A stretch of 64,000 bases of DNA from Gemmatimonadales bacterium. GTDB lineage: Bacteria; Gemmatimonadota; Gemmatimonadetes; Gemmatimonadales; GWC2-71-9. The DNA lies in NCBI GenBank assembly GCA_037189525.1, contig JBBCJC010000003.1, forward strand, positions 384,001 through 448,000, given 5' to 3'. The notes below the pieces were generated by a model. That model did no database searches. It saw only the letters and a program-made list of their open reading frames with translations, and had not been told where the DNA came from. The position numbers and the translations under genes were made by a program. Shown one piece after another: positions 17,386-30,476 of the stretch; within the stretch, counting starts at the first letter, position 1, and every line of letters begins with the position of its first letter.

Positions 17386-18653
17386 CTCTCGGAGCACTGG
17401 TCTGGCTAGCGGCCTCGGGCTTTGCGGCAACGTCGGCGCCCATGGCGCTGACCGTTGCCACGGCCCGGGGCGAAGCCAAGATCTCGGTGCGGTCCGATCC
17501 GTCCGCCGGCCCGGTCGTGGCGGCCACGGCATTGATTCCGTGGCTCGACGGTCAGGTGCGTGTCGCCGGTGCGTGGGCCGAGGTCGAGGTGGCGCGGCAG
17601 TCGTTCCGGCTGCTGATCGGTGCGCCGTACTATACGGTGGGGCCGGCGGTGAAGCCGCTGGTCGGCGCGGCCGTGGTGCGGCGCGATACCCTGTTCCTGC
17701 CGATCCACTTCGTCACCCACGTCCTGCCGGCCGAACTCAAAACCCGCTATCGCTATTCGGCCGGGGCGGCACGCCTCGAAGATCTCGCCGCGACCCCGAC
17801 GGTGGCGCAGCGGAACGCGCCGGCTCGCGGATCCGCGGCGCCTGCGACTATGCCCCCGTCGACGCCGTCGAACACGGCCAATCGCGACGCTCGCTATCTG
17901 CCTAACGGCCTGCTGCGAGGCCAGGTGGTCGCGATCGATCCCGGGCACGGCGGGGTGGACCCGGGCAACCCGGGCACCTTCTTCCCGCGCGGCCTCAAAG
18001 AAAAAGATGTCGTGCTGCAGATCGGACTCTTGCTGCGAGAGGAACTGCAGAAGCGGGGCGTCGGCGTGATCATGACGCGGACCACCGATACGCTGATCGA
18101 CCTCAGGCATCGGGGATCCTACTGCTCCGATCGGTGCAGCCTGTTCGTCAGCCTGCACGTCAACTCGCTGCCGCGCCGTCCGGGCTATCAGAACGCGCGC
18201 GGTTTCGAAACCTTCTTCCTGGCGGACGCCAAAACGGAAGATGCGGCACGGGTGGCGCGGATGGAGAACGAAGCGGTCCGCTTCGAGACCTCGAACGACG
18301 GTCCGACCGTCGGCGGGCTGGACTTCATCCTGAAGGATCTCCAGCTCAACGAGCACCTGCGGGAATCCGGCCGGCTGGCCGAGCTGATGCAATCGCATCT
18401 GGCCGAAGTGCATAGTGGGCCGAATCGGGGCGTCAAGCAGGCGGGGCTGATGGTGCTCAATACCGCCCGACGGCCGGCCGTCCTGGTCGAGCTCGGCTTC
18501 AGCACCAACCGCGAGGATGCGCGCCTGATGACGACACGAACCGGGCAGCGGAACCTGGCGCAGTCGGTCGCGGATGCGGTGGTGAGTTATCTGCTCGAAT
18601 ACCAGCGTCGGGTCGGCTCGATGGCAGCCGGTACCCCGGGTGCGCGGGAGTGA
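17382..18653 (+). CDS. N-acetylmuramoyl-L-alanine amidase (Amidase_3, AmiA/B/C-like)
   Basis: Signal peptide; IDPGHGG, EKD, FVSLHVNS, ARMEN and VLVELGF motifs. Confidence 0.93.
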   Translation: MTLGALVWLAASGFAATSAPMALTVATARGEAKISVRSDPSAGPVVAATALIPWLDGQVRVAGAWAEVEVARQSFRLLIGAPYYTVGPAVKPLVGAAVVRRDTLFLPIHFVTHVLPAELKTRYRYSAGAARLEDLAATPTVAQRNAPARGSAAPATMPPSTPSNTANRDARYLPNGLLRGQVVAIDPGHGGVDPGNPGTFFPRGLKEKDVVLQIGLLLREELQKRGVGVIMTRTTDTLIDLRHRGSYCSDRCSLFVSLHVNSLPRRPGYQNARGFETFFLADAKTEDAARVARMENEAVRFETSNDGPTVGGLDFILKDLQLNEHLRESGRLAELMQSHLAEVHSGPNRGVKQAGLMVLNTARRPAVLVELGFSTNREDARLMTTRTGQRNLAQSVADAVVSYLLEYQRRVGSMAAGTPGARE

Positions 18654-19537
18654 CGATCACTCACGCTGGCGGCGCGCCCATCGCCCTCTTCGGAACCACC
18701 TTTCAGAACCCGATCATTCTGGCAGCCGGCACGGCGGGGTTTGGTCGTGAGTTGGCCCGGACCATCGATCTCGAGTCGCTGGGCGGGCTCGTGTCCAAGG
18801 CGGTGTCCCTCGACGCCCGGTCGGGCAACCGATCTCCTCGGGTCGGCGAATTTCCCGGCGGGATGATCAATGCGATCGGCCTGGCCAATCCCGGTCTTGC
18901 GCAGGTGACGAGTGCGGAGCTGCCGTGGATGGTCGAGCACCTGAAGCAGGCCCGGTTTTTCGTCAACGTGGTCGGGTTCGTCGAAGACGAATATGTCCGG
19001 GTGATTGCCGGGCTCGACCCGATCGGCGGAATGGCGGGCTACGAGCTCAACCTGTCATGTCCGAACACCTCGGCCGGCGGGATCGAGTTCGGGGCCGATC
19101 CCGAATCGGTGGCCCGGATCGTCGCCGCGTGCCGCGCGGCGACCCGGCGTCCGCTCCTTGCGAAGCTTTCGCCGGCCCTGCCTGATATTCCCGGTATGGC
19201 GGCGGCGGCGGTCGAGGCGGGCGCCGATGGGATCACGGTCGTCAACACCATGCCCGGGCTCGTCTACGAAGACGGCCACCCGCGACTCGGCAACGGCAAC
19301 GGCGGGGTGAGCGGTCCGGCGCTCCTGCCCGTCGGGTTGCTGGCCGTGAGCCGGGTTCGCCGGCGGTTGCCGAATACGCCGATCATCGGCCTGGGTGGGG
19401 TACGAACCATCGACCACGTTCATCAGTATCTTGCGTCCGGAGCCAATCTGGTGGGTATCGGGACCGCCGCTCTGGCGGATCCCCGCTTGCCCGAACGGCT
19501 GGCCCGGGCCTGGAGTCGGCCGCGTCGGGCCGCATGA
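18650..19537 (+). CDS. pyrD: dihydroorotate dehydrogenase, class 1 catalytic subunit
   Basis: NPIILAAGT, NAIGLANPG, ELNLSCPN, KLSP, GGVSGP. Confidence 0.93.
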   Translation: MTITHAGGAPIALFGTTFQNPIILAAGTAGFGRELARTIDLESLGGLVSKAVSLDARSGNRSPRVGEFPGGMINAIGLANPGLAQVTSAELPWMVEHLKQARFFVNVVGFVEDEYVRVIAGLDPIGGMAGYELNLSCPNTSAGGIEFGADPESVARIVAACRAATRRPLLAKLSPALPDIPGMAAAAVEAGADGITVVNTMPGLVYEDGHPRLGNGNGGVSGPALLPVGLLAVSRVRRRLPNTPIIGLGGVRTIDHVHQYLASGANLVGIGTAALADPRLPERLARAWSRPRRAA

Positions 19538-19564
19538 TCTCTTTCTCTCGCGCTGGCGTATGCT

Positions 19565-20242
19565 GTGGCTGATCTGATTCTGGCACTCGATCTGGATGAT
19601 GGCGCGGCGGCGCTGGCGTTGCTTCAACGTCTGCCCGACACGGCCTGGATCAAGATCGGGTCCGTCCTCTTTACCGGTGAAGGGCCGGCACTGGTCCGGG
19701 CGGTCAAAGCGCGGGGCCATCGCGTCTTTCTCGATCTCAAGTGGCACGACATTCCGAACACCGTCCGCGGCGCGGTACGTCAGGCCCGCGGTCTCGGGGT
19801 CGATATGGTGACCGTGCACACCCTGGGCGGCGAGGCCATGATGGCTGCGGCCAAGGAAGAGGCGGGCGACGACCTGGCGGTGGTCGGAGTGACCGTGTTG
19901 ACGTCGCACGACTCGGCGTCGTTCGGCGCGGTGCTGGGCCGGCCGGTCGTCGTGGAGGACGAGGTGGGTCGCCTGGTGGCGACGGCCAAGGCTGCCGGCA
20001 TCGACGGGGTGGTGTCATCGCCGGCGGAGGTTTCGCGCGCGGCGGCGGTCTTTGGTCCCGGGGCGCTCCTGGTGACGCCCGGGATTCGGAGCGCCACGGA
20101 TTCACGGGATGATCAGGCGCGGGTGGCCACGGTGGGAGAGGCCGTTCGGGCCGGGAGCACCCACTTGGTCGTAGGCCGGCCGGTATTGCGGGCGCCGGAC
20201 CCGGGGTTGGCGTGGGCGCGGCTGGCAGAGGAGCTGCCGTGA
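19565..20242 (+). CDS. pyrF: orotidine-5'-phosphate decarboxylase
   Basis: FLDLKWHDIPNTV, VTVLTS, VTPGIR, DDQAR, VVGRP. Confidence 0.96.
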   Translation: MADLILALDLDDGAAALALLQRLPDTAWIKIGSVLFTGEGPALVRAVKARGHRVFLDLKWHDIPNTVRGAVRQARGLGVDMVTVHTLGGEAMMAAAKEEAGDDLAVVGVTVLTSHDSASFGAVLGRPVVVEDEVGRLVATAKAAGIDGVVSSPAEVSRAAAVFGPGALLVTPGIRSATDSRDDQARVATVGEAVRAGSTHLVVGRPVLRAPDPGLAWARLAEELP

Positions 20243-20685
20243 GTTGGGGCACGATGGTGTTGCTGGGGCTCCTGGGGGCGGGCGCTGGGGCCGGAAGCGG
20301 AGCCGTCGGTCAGCCCTCCGATCTGGGACGCCTGATGGAGACGGCCCGGGCCGCGTTCGAGCGCCGGGCCTTCGACGAACTGATCGACGACCGGCGCGCG
20401 GTCCGGCTCAAGCTCCCCGATCGGTCGGCCGGGGGTCTGGTGCGGGGGGCCGTTGCCTCCGCCGCATTGCAGGGGCTGGCCCGCCGGACCGATGATGTCG
20501 AGATCGTGGGGGTCGGCGCCGCCGTGGTGGAGCAGGGACACGGCTATCTGGAGCTCCGCCGCCGATTCCAGGTCCATGGTACGTCGGAAATCCAGACGCA
20601 CCGGATCCTGATCAGCGCCCGCTGGGAGGAGAATACCTGGCGGGTAACCGAGGTCTGGATCGCGCCGCTGGCCCCCATACCGTAG
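20239..20685 (+). CDS. hypothetical exported protein (possible NTF2-like fold)
   Basis: GTGA overlap with the pyrF stop; hydrophobic N-terminus; ends WRVTEVW. Confidence 0.65.
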   Translation: MSWGTMVLLGLLGAGAGAGSGAVGQPSDLGRLMETARAAFERRAFDELIDDRRAVRLKLPDRSAGGLVRGAVASAALQGLARRTDDVEIVGVGAAVVEQGHGYLELRRRFQVHGTSEIQTHRILISARWEENTWRVTEVWIAPLAPIP

Positions 20686-20711
20686 CCGATTCCGTAACGT
20701 TTCCCTGAACC

Positions 20712-20740
20712 TTGCGATAACTCGTGCCCTGGGATAGCTT
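20712..20740 (+). promoter_or_regulatory. sigma70-type promoter of rpmJ-rplQ operon
   Basis: TTGCGA-17 nt-TAGCTT, 36 nt upstream of rpmJ. Confidence 0.6.
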
Positions 20741-20776
20741 TACAAGCTACCCAGAAACCGGCGTTTGAGAGGGACG

Positions 20777-20893
20777 ATGAAGGTACGTTCGAGTGTCAAG
20801 CCGATCTGCGAACACTGCAAGGTGGTTCGCCGCCGGGGTGTGATCCGGATCATCTGCAAGCGCAACCCCAAGCACAAGCAGCGGCAGGGATAA
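20777..20893 (+). CDS. rpmJ: 50S ribosomal protein L36 (zinc-ribbon type); absent from ORF track
   Basis: Translated by hand: [38 protein letters not shown]. Confidence 0.97.
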   Translation: MKVRSSVKPICEHCKVVRRRGVIRIICKRNPKHKQRQG

Positions 20894-20895
20894 TC

Positions 20896-21276
20896 ATGGC
20901 ACGTATTGCTGGCGTCGACCTGCCGCGGGACAAGCGGGTGGAAACGGCGCTCACCTACATCTTTGGGATCGGGCTTCCCACCAGTCAGCGACTGATCGGG
21001 GAAACGGGCATCAATCCTGACACCCGGGTCCGTGATCTCTCGGACGCCGAGGTGGCCCGGCTTCGCCAGATGATCGAGCGGTCGGTGCGCGTGGAAGGTG
21101 CGCTGCGGACCGAGATCGCCATGAACATCAAGCGGTTGATGGACGTGGGCAGCTACCGCGGCACGCGTCATCGGCGTGGCTTGCCGCTTCGCGGCCAGCG
21201 GACGCATACCAATGCGCGGACCAAGAAGGGACCGCGTCGGGCCATTGCAGGTAAGAAGAAGGCGACGAAGAAGTAA
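20896..21276 (+). CDS. rpsM: 30S ribosomal protein S13
   Basis: [10 protein letters not shown]...ALTYIFGIG...[15 protein letters not shown]. Confidence 0.98.
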   Translation: MARIAGVDLPRDKRVETALTYIFGIGLPTSQRLIGETGINPDTRVRDLSDAEVARLRQMIERSVRVEGALRTEIAMNIKRLMDVGSYRGTRHRRGLPLRGQRTHTNARTKKGPRRAIAGKKKATKK

Positions 21277-21279
21277 GCT

Positions 21280-21744
21280 ATGACAGCTCCCGAGACTCCG
21301 ACGCCGGCGGCCGAAGCCGCGGCGCCCGCCGCCGAGAAGGCGGCCGAGAAGCAGGTCGCGCCCGTTGCCAAGGGTGGCAAGCGCGGCAAGAAGGTGGTCG
21401 AGGCCGAGGGCGTTGCCCACGTCTCCGCCACCTTCAACAACACCATCATCACGATCACCGACTCGCGCGGTAACACGGTCGCGTGGGGCACCGCCGGCAA
21501 GGCGGGGTTCAAGGGCTCGAAGAAGTCCACCCCGTTCGCAGCCACGGTGGCCGCTGAAGCGGTCGGTCGCGACGCCATGAACCTGGGCGTGCGGCGGGTC
21601 CATGTGCTGGTGCAGGGTCCCGGGAGCGGGCGGGAGTCGGCGGTCCAGGCGTTGGCGTCGGCCGGCCTCCGGGTCGTCTCGATCAAGGACGTGACGCCGA
21701 TTCCGCACAACGGCTGCCGTCCGCCGAAGAAGCGCCGGGTCTAA
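21280..21744 (+). CDS. rpsK: 30S ribosomal protein S11
   Basis: [43 protein letters not shown]. Confidence 0.98.
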   Translation: MTAPETPTPAAEAAAPAAEKAAEKQVAPVAKGGKRGKKVVEAEGVAHVSATFNNTIITITDSRGNTVAWGTAGKAGFKGSKKSTPFAATVAAEAVGRDAMNLGVRRVHVLVQGPGSGRESAVQALASAGLRVVSIKDVTPIPHNGCRPPKKRRV

Positions 21745-21792
21745 GCAGGCTGCCTGGTTGCCACTGCTCCTCGAAGGTAGGGGGTAAGGTCT

Positions 21793-22836
21793 ATGTCTAT
21801 TGATTTGACCGGTTTGGTCCGGCCCCACGTGGTCGAAATGACCCGCCGGGAGGACAACCCGAATGTCGCCGAGTTCCGGCTCCAGCCGTTGGAGCGGGGC
21901 TTTGGTCATACGCTGGGCAATGCGCTCCGTCGCATGCTGCTGTCATCGCTGCGCGGGTCGGCCGTCTGGGCGTTCCGCCTGGAGGGCGTGGTACATGAGC
22001 ACCAGACGGTGCAGGGTGTCCTGGAAGACGTCCATCAGATCGTGCAGCGCCTGAAGGCGCTGACGCTGGTGCTCGACGAGGATACCGACGAGGCGATTCT
22101 CCGGATTCGTCGCGAGGGCAAGGGGCCGGTGTACGCTCGGGACATTCAGCCGAACGCCAACACTCGGATCCTGAACCCGGATCACCTGCTGTTCACCATT
22201 CAGGACGATCGCGAAATCAGCTGCGATCTCTATGTGAACAAGGGCCGCGGCTACGTCGAGTCCGAGCTGCACCCGTCCGATCGGTCGTTGCCGGTCGACT
22301 TGGTGCGCATCGACGCGATCTACAATCCGGTCCGCCGGGCCAACTTCACGGTCAGCGAAACCCGCGTCGGTCAGCGGACCGACTACGACCGGTTGGCGGT
22401 GATGGTCGAGACCGACGGCACGATCACGCCCGAAGATGCGATTGCCTATGCCGCCGCGCTGGCGCAGGAGCACTTCCGGCATTTCGTCGAGTTCGGCAAG
22501 GTCCCGACCGCTCGCGCCTACACGGCGGAGACGGCGGCGGTCCTGGGCGGGCTCGGGGCGCAGCTCGGCCGGTTGATCGATGATTTCGGCCTCACGGTCC
22601 GCACCCTCAATTCCCTCAAGAACTCGAACATCCGGACCCTCAAGGATCTGGTCGAGTACTCGGAGAAGGAACTGCTCGACGTCAAGAACGTCGGGGAGAA
22701 GGCCGTGGCGGAGATCGGGGATTTGCTGCTCCGTGAAGGCCTCAAGTTCGGGATGAGTTTCGAGGAAGTCGACGGCGATCTCCGGGTCGTCAAGAGTGGG
22801 GTGGCCCCGACGATGGGCGCCGCCAACGGGAGTTGA
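21793..22836 (+). CDS. rpoA: RNA polymerase subunit alpha
   Basis: PLERGFGHTLGNALRRMLLSS, RVGQRTDYDRL, alphaCTD LTVRTLNSLK. Confidence 0.97.
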   Translation: MSIDLTGLVRPHVVEMTRREDNPNVAEFRLQPLERGFGHTLGNALRRMLLSSLRGSAVWAFRLEGVVHEHQTVQGVLEDVHQIVQRLKALTLVLDEDTDEAILRIRREGKGPVYARDIQPNANTRILNPDHLLFTIQDDREISCDLYVNKGRGYVESELHPSDRSLPVDLVRIDAIYNPVRRANFTVSETRVGQRTDYDRLAVMVETDGTITPEDAIAYAAALAQEHFRHFVEFGKVPTARAYTAETAAVLGGLGAQLGRLIDDFGLTVRTLNSLKNSNIRTLKDLVEYSEKELLDVKNVGEKAVAEIGDLLLREGLKFGMSFEEVDGDLRVVKSGVAPTMGAANGS

Positions 22837-22839
22837 TAG

Positions 22840-23196
22840 ATGCGACATCGTTCTAAGGGGAGACAGCTCTCCCGTACGTCCGAACATCGGAAAGCCTTGC
22901 TCCGCAACATGGCAATCAGCCTGTTCCGGCACGACGGCATCGAGACCACCGTGGCCAAGGCCAAGGAACTGCGGCCGTACGCCGAGCGGCTGATCACGCT
23001 CGCGCGGCGGGGCGACCTGCATGCGCTCAGGTTGGCGGAGCGGAAGATTCAGGACCGCGCCGTCCTCAAGCGGCTCTTCAGCGAAATCGGCCCGCGCTTC
23101 GCGGCTCGACCCGGTGGCTACACCCGAATTCTCAAGCTCGGTCATCGGGTCGGCGATGGTGCCGACACGGCGCGGATCGAGTTGGTCACGGAGTGA
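22840..23196 (+). CDS. rplQ: 50S ribosomal protein L17
   Basis: MRHR...LSRTSEHRKALLRNM...IETTVAKAKELR...RPGGYTRILK. Confidence 0.98.
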   Translation: MRHRSKGRQLSRTSEHRKALLRNMAISLFRHDGIETTVAKAKELRPYAERLITLARRGDLHALRLAERKIQDRAVLKRLFSEIGPRFAARPGGYTRILKLGHRVGDGADTARIELVTE

Positions 23197-23222
23197 CGGC
23201 GTTGATGCCCGTCGCAGATGTG

Positions 23223-23252
23223 AAGAAGGGGACCTTCGGGTCCCCTTTTTTT
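23223..23252 (+). terminator. intrinsic terminator of the alpha operon
   Basis: AAGGGGACC-TTCG-GGTCCCCTT stem with UUCG tetraloop and T7 tail. Confidence 0.9.
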
Positions 23253-23267
23253 CGGTCGGTTGGTATC

Positions 23268-23309
23268 AAAAAGGCCGGTACGCAGGGGCGTGATGCCCTG
23301 GTACCGGCC
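23268..23309 (-). terminator. intrinsic terminator of rpmB
   Basis: On - strand GGCCGGTAC-CAGGGC...CCCTG-CGTACCGGCC followed by TTTTT. Confidence 0.75.
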
Positions 23310-23318
23310 GATGATGCG

Positions 23319-23534
23319 TCAGGCGACGGCTGCGGCCTGCTTCGTCGGGGCCCGGTGCACTTTGTTGCTGCGGATGCAGCTGGTGCACACTTTGACGCGC
23401 TTCGTCTCGCCGTCCACCAGGACACGGACGGTTTGAAGGTTCGGCATCCAGCGCCGCTTCCGCCGATTATTGGCGTGGCTCACATGATTGCCGGTTGCTG
23501 GTCCCTTACCGCAGACAGTGCAAATCCGTGCCAT
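23319..23534 (-). CDS. rpmB: 50S ribosomal protein L28
   Basis: [10 protein letters not shown]...GNHVSHANN...PNLQ...VCTSCIRS. Confidence 0.97.
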   Translation of the reverse strand: MARICTVCGKGPATGNHVSHANNRRKRRWMPNLQTVRVLVDGETKRVKVCTSCIRSNKVHRAPTKQAAAVA

Positions 23535-23557
23535 GACGATCGTTCTCCACTAGTTGA

Positions 23558-25534
<1,977 letters not shown>

Positions 25535-25551
<17 letters not shown>

Positions 25552-28500
25552 CATCTCTTCGGTGCTCCTGATCGGCTCCGGCCCCATCGTGATCGGTCAG
25601 GGGGCCGAGTTCGACTATTCCGGAACGCAGGCGGCGCGCGCGCTCAAGGAAGAGGGATACCGGGTCATCCTGGTCAACTCGAACCCTGCCACCATCATGA
25701 CGGATCCCGAGGTGGCGGACCGGACCTACATCGAACCGGTGACGCCGGAGTGGGTCGAGAAGATCATCGCGCGGGAGCGGCCCGATGCGCTGCTCCCGAC
25801 GATGGGTGGGCAGACCGGCCTCAACGTCGCGATGGAACTGTATCGCTCGGGTGTGCTCACCAAGTACGGGGTGGAGCTGATCGGCGCCAACGAGCGCGCC
25901 ATCCGGGTGGCCGAAGACCGCGATGAGTTTGCCAAGGCCATGCGCCGAATCGGTCTGGCCACGCCTGAAGGGATGACCGTCCAGTCCGTCGAGGAAGGTC
26001 TGGCCTCGGTCGAGCGCACCGGCTTTCCGGCCATTCTGCGCCCGTCGTTTACGCTGGGCGGTACCGGTGGCGGCATTGCCTACAACCGCGAAGAGTTCGA
26101 GGTGATGCTCAAGCGGGGCCTCGAGGCCTCGCCGGTCGGGTCGGTGCTGGTCGAGCGCAGCATCATCGGCTGGAAAGAGTACGAACTCGAGGTGATGCGC
26201 GACGGCGCCGACAACGTGGTGATCGTCTGCTCGATCGAGAATATCGATCCGATGGGTGTCCACACCGGTGACTCGGTGACCGTCGCCCCGGCGATGACGC
26301 TCTCCGATCGCGAGTATCAGGTGATGCGCGACGCCGCTTGCGCCATCATCCGGGAAATCGGGGTCGAGGCCGGCGGATGCAACGTCCAGTTCGCGGTCGA
26401 TCCCGAGACGGGTGAGCAGTTGGTGATCGAAATGAATCCGCGGGTCTCGCGGAGTTCGGCGCTGGCGTCCAAGGCCACCGGATTTCCGATTGCGCGGATC
26501 GGTGCGAAGGTAGCGGTCGGCTATACGCTCGATGAACTGCCGAACGACATCACCAAAACGACGCCGGCCAGTTTCGAGCCGGTGCTCGACTACGTCGTGG
26601 TCAAGATTCCGCGCTTTGCCTTCGAGAAGTTCCCCGCGGCAGACCCCGGACTCACCACGCAGATGAAGTCGGTCGGCGAGGTCATGGCCATCGGGCGGAC
26701 CTTCAAGGAAGCGTTCCAGAAGGGGTTCCGCGGCCTGGAGATCGGCCGGTCGGGCTGGGTGATCGGCGAAACGCTGGCGGACGATCGGCTGGAGGACCTG
26801 AGCCGCGAGTCGATCCTGGCCGGTCTGCGCAAGCCCACGCCCGAGCGCTTCTTTCAGATCAAACATGCGCTCCTGGCGGGCGAGTCGGTCGAGACGATTG
26901 CCGAATGCTCGCGGATGGATCCCTGGTTCCTCCATCAGTTCCGTGAACTGGTCGAAGCCGAACAGCATTTTGCCGCGGAATGGCCCGGCGTAAGCGGGTC
27001 CGATCCGGCGGCCCGCGCGCTGGTCAGGCGGATGAAGCGGATGGGCTTTTCCGATCGCCAGCTGGGCGACCTGGCCGGCCTGTCCGAGACGGCGATGCGG
27101 CATCGCCGCTGGGCGCTCGGGATCCGGCCGGTCTACAAGATGGTCGATACCTGCGCAGGGGAATTCCCCTCGGCGACGCCCTATCTCTACTCGTGCTACG
27201 ACGAAGAGACCGAAGCCGGCGCCGTCGGCGACAAGACCATCATCATTCTGGGCAGCGGGCCCAACCGGATCGGGCAGGGCGTCGAGTTCGACTACTGCTG
27301 CGTCCGGGCGGTGATGGCGCTTCGCGAGCTGGGCTACCGCACCGTGATGGTCAACTCGAATCCGGAAACGGTCTCGACCGACTTCGACATGTCGGATGCG
27401 CTCTACTTCGAGCCGCTCACACTCGAAGACGTGCTCGAGATCGTCAACCTGGAGCAGCCCCTCGGCGTGGTGGTGCAGTTCGGCGGGCAGACCCCGCTTC
27501 GCCTGGCGCGTGGGCTCGAGGCCGAGAATGTGCCGATCCTGGGCACCTCGCCGGAAGCGATCGACGCGGCCGAAGATCGAGGCCGGTTCGAAGCGCTGGC
27601 GCGAGAACTGGGCGTGGAGCAGCCGCCCAACGGGACGGCCTTGTCGCTGGATCAGGCCCTGATCGAGGCGGAACGGGTCGGCTACCCGGTGCTACTCCGG
27701 CCGTCCTACGTGCTCGGCGGGCGCGCGATGCAGGTGGTCTACGACGCCCAGTCGCTCGAAGAATTCTTTGCGGCGGCCGTGCGGGTGGCACCGGGTCATC
27801 CGGTGCTGATCGACAAGTTCCTCGAAGATGCTTTCGAGGCCGACGTCGATGCGCTGTCCGACGGGACGCGGTGTATCATCGGTGGCGTGATGCAGCACAT
27901 CGAGGATGCCGGTGTCCACTCCGGCGACTCGGCGTGCGTGATGCCGCCCTATCTGATCACCGAAGCGCAGGTCGAAGAGATGCGCGAGTACTCGAGACAG
28001 TTTGCGCTCAAGCTCGGCGTCGTCGGATTGATGAACGTGCAGTATGCCATCAAGGATGGCCGCGTCTACGTCCTGGAAGTGAATCCGCGGGCGTCACGGA
28101 CGATTCCGTTCGTCTCGAAGACCACCGGTGTGCAGCTGGCCAGCCTGGCGGCGCAGGTCATGACCGGGCGGTCGCTCGAAGAGCTGGGTGTGACGGACGA
28201 TGTGCTCCATCCCTATGTCTCGGTGAAGGAAGCGGTCTTCCCGTTCAGCAAGTTTGCCGGCGTCGATCTGGTGCTCGGACCGGAGATGCGCTCGACCGGT
28301 GAGGTCATGGGGATTGCCGACTCCTTCGGGATGGCGTTTGCCAAGGCGCAGGTCAGCGCCGATGGCGGCCTGCCGCTGGGTGGCGCGATCTTCATCACGG
28401 TCAACGATCCCGATAAGCCCGCCGTGGTGCCGATTGCGCGCCGGTTCCACGAGATGGGTTTCCGGATCCTGGCGACCGAAGGCACCTCCCGCTACCTGCG

Positions 28501-28807
28501 CGCGCGCGGGATCTCGGCCGAACGGACCCTCAAGGTGCACGAAGGTCGCCCGAATGCGGTGGATCTGATCGTGTCAGGGCAGGTCCAGCTGTTGATCAAC
28601 ACCCCGCTTGGTAAGCTGACGCATCGGGACGATCTGGTGCTCCGCCGGACCGCGCTGCAGCACAAGGTTCCGTATACGACGACGATGACGGCGGCCGCGG
28701 CGGCCTCGGATGCGATCATCGCCTTGCGGAGCCGAACCGGTGAGGTGCGGGCGCTGCAGGAGTGGCACGCGTTGGCGCAGAGCTTCACGGCGGAGCTCAA
28801 GGCGTGA
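25535..28807 (+). CDS. carB: carbamoyl-phosphate synthase large subunit
   Basis: MPKRTDI...[21 protein letters not shown]; duplicated ATP-grasp; MGS-like C-terminus. Confidence 0.98.
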
Positions 28808-29787
28808 TCACGGCGCGGGACTCCGGCTTCATCGCGACCCTGCGTCAGGCGGTCCGGGGCGAGGTGCGCGCCGAGGAATCGCTGGCGCGTTATTCGACCT
28901 ATCGGATCGGCGGGCCCGCCACAGTGGTGCTGCCGGCCGATCCGGAGGACGTGGTCGCGGCGCTCGGCGTGGCGCATCGGGTTGGGGTTCCGTGGTTCGT
29001 GGTGGGGCTCGGCTCCAATCTCCTCTTTCCCGATGAAGGGTTGGATGCGCTGGTGATCCGGCTGGGGAAGGGGATCGATCGTGCCGACGGCGACGGCGAG
29101 CGCTGGCGCTTCGGGGCCGGATTGCCGGCTCCGCTGGCTGCGCGCAAGACGGCGCAGGCGGGGTTCGGCGGCTTGCATGTCATGGTCGGTGTGCCGGGGA
29201 CAGTGGGTGGCGGGGTCTACATGAACGCCGGGTGTCACGGAGGACAGTGGTCCGACGTGGTCGAGACGGTGGTCGCCGTCGATGGCACGGGCGCGAGCCG
29301 TGTCTTCGCAGCAGGCGAAGTGCCGTTTGCCTATCGTCGGAGCGGGCTCGAAGGATGGATCGTTCTCGAGACCACGGTTCGCCTGACGCCGACCGATCCG
29401 GCCGTCCTGTCCGAACAGGTGGCCGAGCTCTTTGCCTGGCGCCAGAAGGGGACGCCGTTCAACCAGCCCTGTTGCGGCAGCGTCTTCAAGAACCCCGATG
29501 GGGCGGCGGTCGCGGGTCCGGGCGGGACCGTGCTGCGCACGGCGGGACAGCTGATCGAAGGGGCGGGGCTCAAAGGGACCCGTGAAGGCGGCGCGGAAGT
29601 CTCGCCGATGCACGCCAACTACTTCGTCAACACCGGCGGAGCCACGGCCGGTCAGGTCCGGACCTTGATTCTGCGGGCGCGGGACACGGTGGCCGAGCGT
29701 TTCGGCGTTCGGCTCGAACCGGAAGTCAAACTGATCGGGGCGGCGGGCAACTATCTCCCGCTCGATACGGCAGGTACGCATGGCTGA
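28804..29787 (+). CDS. murB: UDP-N-acetylenolpyruvoylglucosamine reductase
   Basis: [48 protein letters not shown]. Confidence 0.95.
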   Translation: MITARDSGFIATLRQAVRGEVRAEESLARYSTYRIGGPATVVLPADPEDVVAALGVAHRVGVPWFVVGLGSNLLFPDEGLDALVIRLGKGIDRADGDGERWRFGAGLPAPLAARKTAQAGFGGLHVMVGVPGTVGGGVYMNAGCHGGQWSDVVETVVAVDGTGASRVFAAGEVPFAYRRSGLEGWIVLETTVRLTPTDPAVLSEQVAELFAWRQKGTPFNQPCCGSVFKNPDGAAVAGPGGTVLRTAGQLIEGAGLKGTREGGAEVSPMHANYFVNTGGATAGQVRTLILRARDTVAERFGVRLEPEVKLIGAAGNYLPLDTAGTHG

Positions 29788-30361
29788 TTATTTCGTGCAT
29801 GAATCGAGTTACGTCGACGACGGGGCGGTCATCGGCGCCGGGACCAAGATCTGGCATTTCAGCCATGTGATGCCCGGAGCGGTCATCGGAGAACGCTGCA
29901 ACCTGGGCCAGAATGTCGTCGTGATGCCCGGCACCCGGATGGGGAACAACGTCAAGGTGCAGAACAACGTCTCGATCTATGAAGGCGTCGATCTCGAAGA
30001 TGACGTGTTCTGCGGACCCAGCTGTGTCTTCACCAATGTGCTCAATCCGCGGAGCCACGTGTCCCGGAAAGACGAGTATCGGCGCACGCTGGTGCGGCGT
30101 GGGGCTACCATCGGCGCCAACGCCACGGTGGTGTGCGGCAACACCATCGGCGAGTACGCGTTCATCGGCGCGGGGGCGGTGGTTCGTGGGGATGTACCGG
30201 CGTACGCTCTGATGGTCGGTGTGCCGGCGCGCCGGGTCGGCTGGATGTGCCGCTGCGGTGTCCGGCTCTCGGTGGTCGGGGGGGCTGCGACCTGCCAGAG
30301 CTGCGGCACGGCCTATCGGGAACGGGACGGCAGTCTGTCCCCGGTTGACGCGCCTGCCTAG
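29780..30361 (+). CDS. wbpD: hexapeptide-repeat N-acetyltransferase (WbpD/WlbB-like)
   Basis: [42 protein letters not shown]...CQSCG. Confidence 0.88.
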   Translation: MADYFVHESSYVDDGAVIGAGTKIWHFSHVMPGAVIGERCNLGQNVVVMPGTRMGNNVKVQNNVSIYEGVDLEDDVFCGPSCVFTNVLNPRSHVSRKDEYRRTLVRRGATIGANATVVCGNTIGEYAFIGAGAVVRGDVPAYALMVGVPARRVGWMCRCGVRLSVVGGAATCQSCGTAYRERDGSLSPVDAPA

Positions 30362-30431
30362 CCCCACCTACGCTACTGGTCCGGATGCCTGACCTGTTCG
30401 CGAGCGTGAGTCTCGCTCGAGCTGCCAATTC

Positions 30432-30476
30432 ACGACCGCGGGCCGCCTTCCGGGGCGGTACCGGTCGTTTCGTTTT
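30432..30476 (+). terminator. terminator-like hairpin immediately upstream of the aminotransferase gene
   Basis: ACGACCG...GCCGCC-ttccgg-GGCGGT...CGGTCGT followed by TTCGTTTT. Confidence 0.55.

Noticed and set aside
18650..19537. pyrD without adjacent pyrK
   Set aside because: pyrK may be elsewhere or unnecessary; cannot be judged from this window
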